Below, piece after piece: positions 61,440 through 64,000 of a DNA stretch of 64,000 bases. Position 1 is the first letter of the stretch; every line of letters begins with the position of its first letter. Origin of the DNA: a virus (taxonomy: Duplodnaviria > Caudoviricetes); IMG/VR virus record IMGVR_UViG_3300042888_002988, positions 32,001-96,000 of that record; one strand, written 5' to 3'. Position numbers and translations under genes: made by a program. A model generated the notes under the pieces. That model had not been told where the DNA came from, did no database searches, and was given only the letters and a program-made list of their open reading frames with translations.

Positions 61440-62129
61440 ATGAAGTTCCTTGCGCTGATCGTGGCTATGGCATCGTTTCCCACATCGGGAGGCGCTGACG
61501 CGGTGTATATGCGGGCCGAGCCGCTGGCCATCTCCAAGGAAGGCTACAACCTGATCCTGAAGCATGAGGTCGGCGGCGGCGCTTACTACTACTCGCGCTT
61601 CCTGGCTCGGCCCTGCTGGCCGGGAGGCGCGTCTGGCGTTACGATCGGCGTGGGATACGACCTGGGATACAATACCCGCAGCCAGATCGCCGCGGACTGG
61701 AAATCACTGTCCCCGGACATCATCGCTAGGCTGCAGTCCGTGGCTGGCGTGAAGGGCGCGTCAGCGAGTCGTTTGGCTCCCACGCTGCGCTCCATTTCGA
61801 TCCCGTGGGACATCGCAGAGAAAGTCTATCGTGAGCGCACCATTCCCAGGTTCGCTCGTCTCACTGAGGGCGCTTACCGTGGTACCGCCACCATGCACCC
61901 GCACGCCCAGAGTGCCATGCTCTCCTGGGTGTTTAACCGCGGCGAGGGTATCTCCTCGTCGTCGCGTGATACTGAAAAACGCGCCATGCGGTCGGACATC
62001 CCGACACGTGTGAAGCTGTTGCCAGGCCACTTCCGAGCGTCCAAGCGCATCTGGGTGGGTCGCGGGCTTGACGGCTTGCTGCGACGTCGTGAAGATGAGG
62101 CGCGCCTCATCGAATCCATCTGGAACTAA
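61440..62129 (+). CDS. Lysozyme-like endolysin (GH24/pesticin-like) with N-terminal signal peptide
   Basis: LILKHEVG...PGGASGVTIGVGYDLG; A..SWVFNRG; GLLRRREDEA. Confidence 0.85.
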   Translation: MKFLALIVAMASFPTSGGADAVYMRAEPLAISKEGYNLILKHEVGGGAYYYSRFLARPCWPGGASGVTIGVGYDLGYNTRSQIAADWKSLSPDIIARLQSVAGVKGASASRLAPTLRSISIPWDIAEKVYRERTIPRFARLTEGAYRGTATMHPHAQSAMLSWVFNRGEGISSSSRDTEKRAMRSDIPTRVKLLPGHFRASKRIWVGRGLDGLLRRREDEARLIESIWN

Positions 62130-62131
62130 TC

Positions 62132-62160
62132 TTGATCGCATGGTCAGCATCGTCTACCGT
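62132..62160 (+). promoter_or_regulatory. Sigma70-like promoter
   Basis: TTGATC-17-TACCGT. Confidence 0.45.
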
Positions 62161-62206
62161 CATGGCAACCCCACGTAACACTTCCAAAGCCAAGAAACCG
62201 CACGCA

Positions 62207-62860
62207 ATGTCCTCTGAACAAGTCTCGGAAAGTAACACCCATCACGAGCGTAGGTTTGCGCAAATTGACCGTGATATTTTCAGCGTCAAAACGGACGTCG
62301 GCGTGCTGCAGGCGGACGTTAAAACCCTGGCGTCGGGCCAGGTCGCCCTGCAGGAATCGCAAGACCGGGGGTTCCGCGACGTCAAGGATACGCTAGTTGC
62401 CAAGAGCCAAGAACAACCAAAAGTCAGCGTGGCAATGCTGATATCCATCCTCGGTGTCATGGTGACCGTTGTGGTGGTCGGGGTGGGTGCATTCTGGTCC
62501 GTCGTAGTGCTGCTGGCGGACCCGATCCGCAACGAAGTGCGCGAGCACAAGTTGTCGACGCTCAACAATAACAAGGAGATCGCATTACTGGATGAGCGCG
62601 CCAGACAGATGCAATCGAACCTCGAGATCCGCCTCCGGCAAGTGGAAGACCATGAGCTAACTCGGTACGAACAGCAGGCGGCGCGCATGAGTGAGCTGGC
62701 TGCGACATTGAAGGAGTTTCAAACGCACGCGGTCGAGAATGCGCGGCTGGAGGGACGGCTGACAGCCCTGGAAGAGGTGCGTCGCCTCAACGATCAGCGC
62801 ACATGTGACCGTATCGGAAATCTCGAGAAGCTCCACCAGACACCCGGCGCAACTCCATGA
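62207..62860 (+). CDS. Coiled-coil membrane protein (alternative start 62162)
   Basis: Coiled coil, long TM segment, coiled coil. Confidence 0.7.
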   Translation: MSSEQVSESNTHHERRFAQIDRDIFSVKTDVGVLQADVKTLASGQVALQESQDRGFRDVKDTLVAKSQEQPKVSVAMLISILGVMVTVVVVGVGAFWSVVVLLADPIRNEVREHKLSTLNNNKEIALLDERARQMQSNLEIRLRQVEDHELTRYEQQAARMSELAATLKEFQTHAVENARLEGRLTALEEVRRLNDQRTCDRIGNLEKLHQTPGATP

Positions 62861-62889
62861 TTGATCATCGGACTCTTTTCCCTTAGAAT
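62861..62889 (+). promoter_or_regulatory. Leaderless sigma70-like promoter
   Basis: TTGATC-17-TAGAAT-6-ATG. Confidence 0.7.
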
Positions 62890-62895
62890 ACCCTC

Positions 62896-63177
62896 ATGCA
62901 ATACAACGGCACCGCACAAACGATACAGCTCACTGGCTTGGACCAGGGGCACGAGGTTACGGTCATCATCACCGGGGCCACTGCTATCGTCAACTTGGAG
63001 TTCAAGCACGGCACCGAAGACATCTGGCGTCCGCACCCGAATTTCACCGCCGTGGCAGCTGCCACCGTCAACCTTATGACGTTCCGTATTCTGTCCGGCG
63101 TCATGCGCATCCGTTTCAACACGGTGCCCAGCACCTACGAATTGACGACCGTCTTCAGCGCGGAAGCCTCTTTCTAA
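62896..63177 (+). CDS. Small beta-rich putative virion protein
   Basis: 93 aa with alternating hydrophobic beta pattern. Confidence 0.6.
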   Translation: MQYNGTAQTIQLTGLDQGHEVTVIITGATAIVNLEFKHGTEDIWRPHPNFTAVAAATVNLMTFRILSGVMRIRFNTVPSTYELTTVFSAEASF

Positions 63178-63515
63178 GAAAGCGTCCCAGCAGCTCGGAT
63201 CGCATCCTCGGCAGCAACAAGCGCACGCAATGTGCGCCACATGTCCGAGGCCGTCTCGTGCCCCTTCTCGGTTAGGTAGACCTTCGTGACGCGCTTGTCC
63301 CGCTCCGGGAAGTGCTCAACGAGCAGGCCCTGGCTGGCGAGTTTCTGCTTGGCCATCGTCACCGCAGAGGGCTGCGCGCCAGTGGCCTTCGTGATGTCGG
63401 CAACGTGCCAGCCGGCGAGTTGCTTGTTGGCCATCAGCAACAGCATGAGCTGCGGCAGCTTGATGAGCGCGGAGTCGACGATTTCGCTGAGCGTGTCGGT
63501 GTGACGTGTTTCCAT
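63174..63515 (-). CDS. MarR family transcriptional regulator
   Basis: HVADITKATGAQPSAVTMAKQKLASQGLL...DKRVTKVYLTEKG. Confidence 0.85.
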   Translation of the reverse strand: METRHTDTLSEIVDSALIKLPQLMLLLMANKQLAGWHVADITKATGAQPSAVTMAKQKLASQGLLVEHFPERDKRVTKVYLTEKGHETASDMWRTLRALVAAEDAIRAAGTLS

Positions 63516-63529
63516 GGGAGTGCGCCCAT

Positions 63530-63589
63530 ACTTGCGCGCACAATCCGCACGTAGTCAAGCTTGCTGTGGCGTAACGGATGCACTATGGT
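63530..63589. promoter_or_regulatory. Back-to-back divergent promoters (MarR / RNAP fragment)
   Basis: Plus: TTGCTG(63561)-17-TATGGT-7-ATG(63597). Minus: TTGACT(63558)-17-GCAAGT. Confidence 0.55.
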
Positions 63590-63596
63590 GACGCTC

Positions 63597-64000
63597 ATGC
63601 GAGCCGTTGACTTTGCTGTCTCACGAATTTTACCCAGCGACATGCGCCAGGAGACCTATGACCTTGGCAAGAACGGCATGGCGAAGATCATGTCGGACGT
63701 CGCCCTGCGTTACCCGGATCAGTTTCCCCAGATCGTGAAGCAGCTCGGTGACCTGGGCCGCCGCGCCAGCTGGTTGCAGGGTTACACCACCGGCCCCGAC
63801 GACACCAAGGGAGTCGTGGACACGGCCAGCTACTACGCCAAGATGGACGCGGAGCTGGACCGCCTGCGCAAGGACAAGGTCTCTCCGGATGAATTCGAGG
63901 AACGTCGTGCTGAAATCCTGACTCGCTACTCGGACCTGATCGAGCGCGATACTATGACGGCGGCGATGAAGAATCGTAACGCCTTTGCGCTTGCTGTCAG
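63597..64000 (+). CDS. rpoC: RNA polymerase beta-prime, downstream fragment (RpoC2-like start), 3'-truncated
   Basis: LGKNGMAKIM...LGDLG..A...GYTTGPDD (cf. LGKKAISKML...GASVGIDD); ends at NAFALAV where an SGARG motif would be expected next; absent from the ORF track because it runs off the window. Confidence 0.75.
   Translation, partial: MRAVDFAVSRILPSDMRQETYDLGKNGMAKIMSDVALRYPDQFPQIVKQLGDLGRRASWLQGYTTGPDDTKGVVDTASYYAKMDAELDRLRKDKVSPDEFEERRAEILTRYSDLIERDTMTAAMKNRNAFALAV

Noticed and set aside
1-64000. Stop-codon reassignment (code 15 or 4)
   Set aside because: Recognised enzymes are uninterrupted, and TAG (9122, 20674, 52520), TGA and TAA all end genes at sensible junctions.
1-64000. Reverse transcriptase systems (DGR, retron), integrase, transposase
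   Set aside because: No YxDD RT core, VR/TR pair, recombinase or transposase motif was recognised.

Overview
A 64 kb GC-rich segment of a large (jumbo-like) tailed bacteriophage genome using genetic code 11. No rRNA, canonical tRNA, CRISPR array, integrase or transposase was seen. Positions 1-44.2 kb are a dense, almost entirely plus-strand array of small early/accessory genes with a few recognisable enzymes: NAD-dependent DNA ligase, ThyX, dNMP kinase, two GHKL ATPases, HD, calcineurin-like and HAD phosphoesterases, a vWA protein, a PurA-like protein, an ACP fusion, a 2OG-Fe(II)-like oxygenase, a GT4-sulfotransferase fusion, a SAM methyltransferase and the catalytic (NADFDGD) piece of a split RNA polymerase beta-prime. 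From 44.4 kb there are a tail-fibre-like gene, three large modular proteins punctuated by a recurring K-x-A/S linker, accessory islands each headed by the same promoter cassette, a lysis module, a MarR regulator and the start of a second beta-prime piece. The most notable observations are the KxA-punctuated putative cargo polyproteins, a beta-prime split into at least three dispersed genes, a 113-nt CCA-ended tRNA-like RNA lacking an anticodon arm next to a small antisense RNA, and an exactly spaced leaderless promoter cassette. The host is uncertain; the lysis genes suggest a diderm, with weak hints of Verrucomicrobiota. All family calls come from motif recognition by eye, with no database searches.
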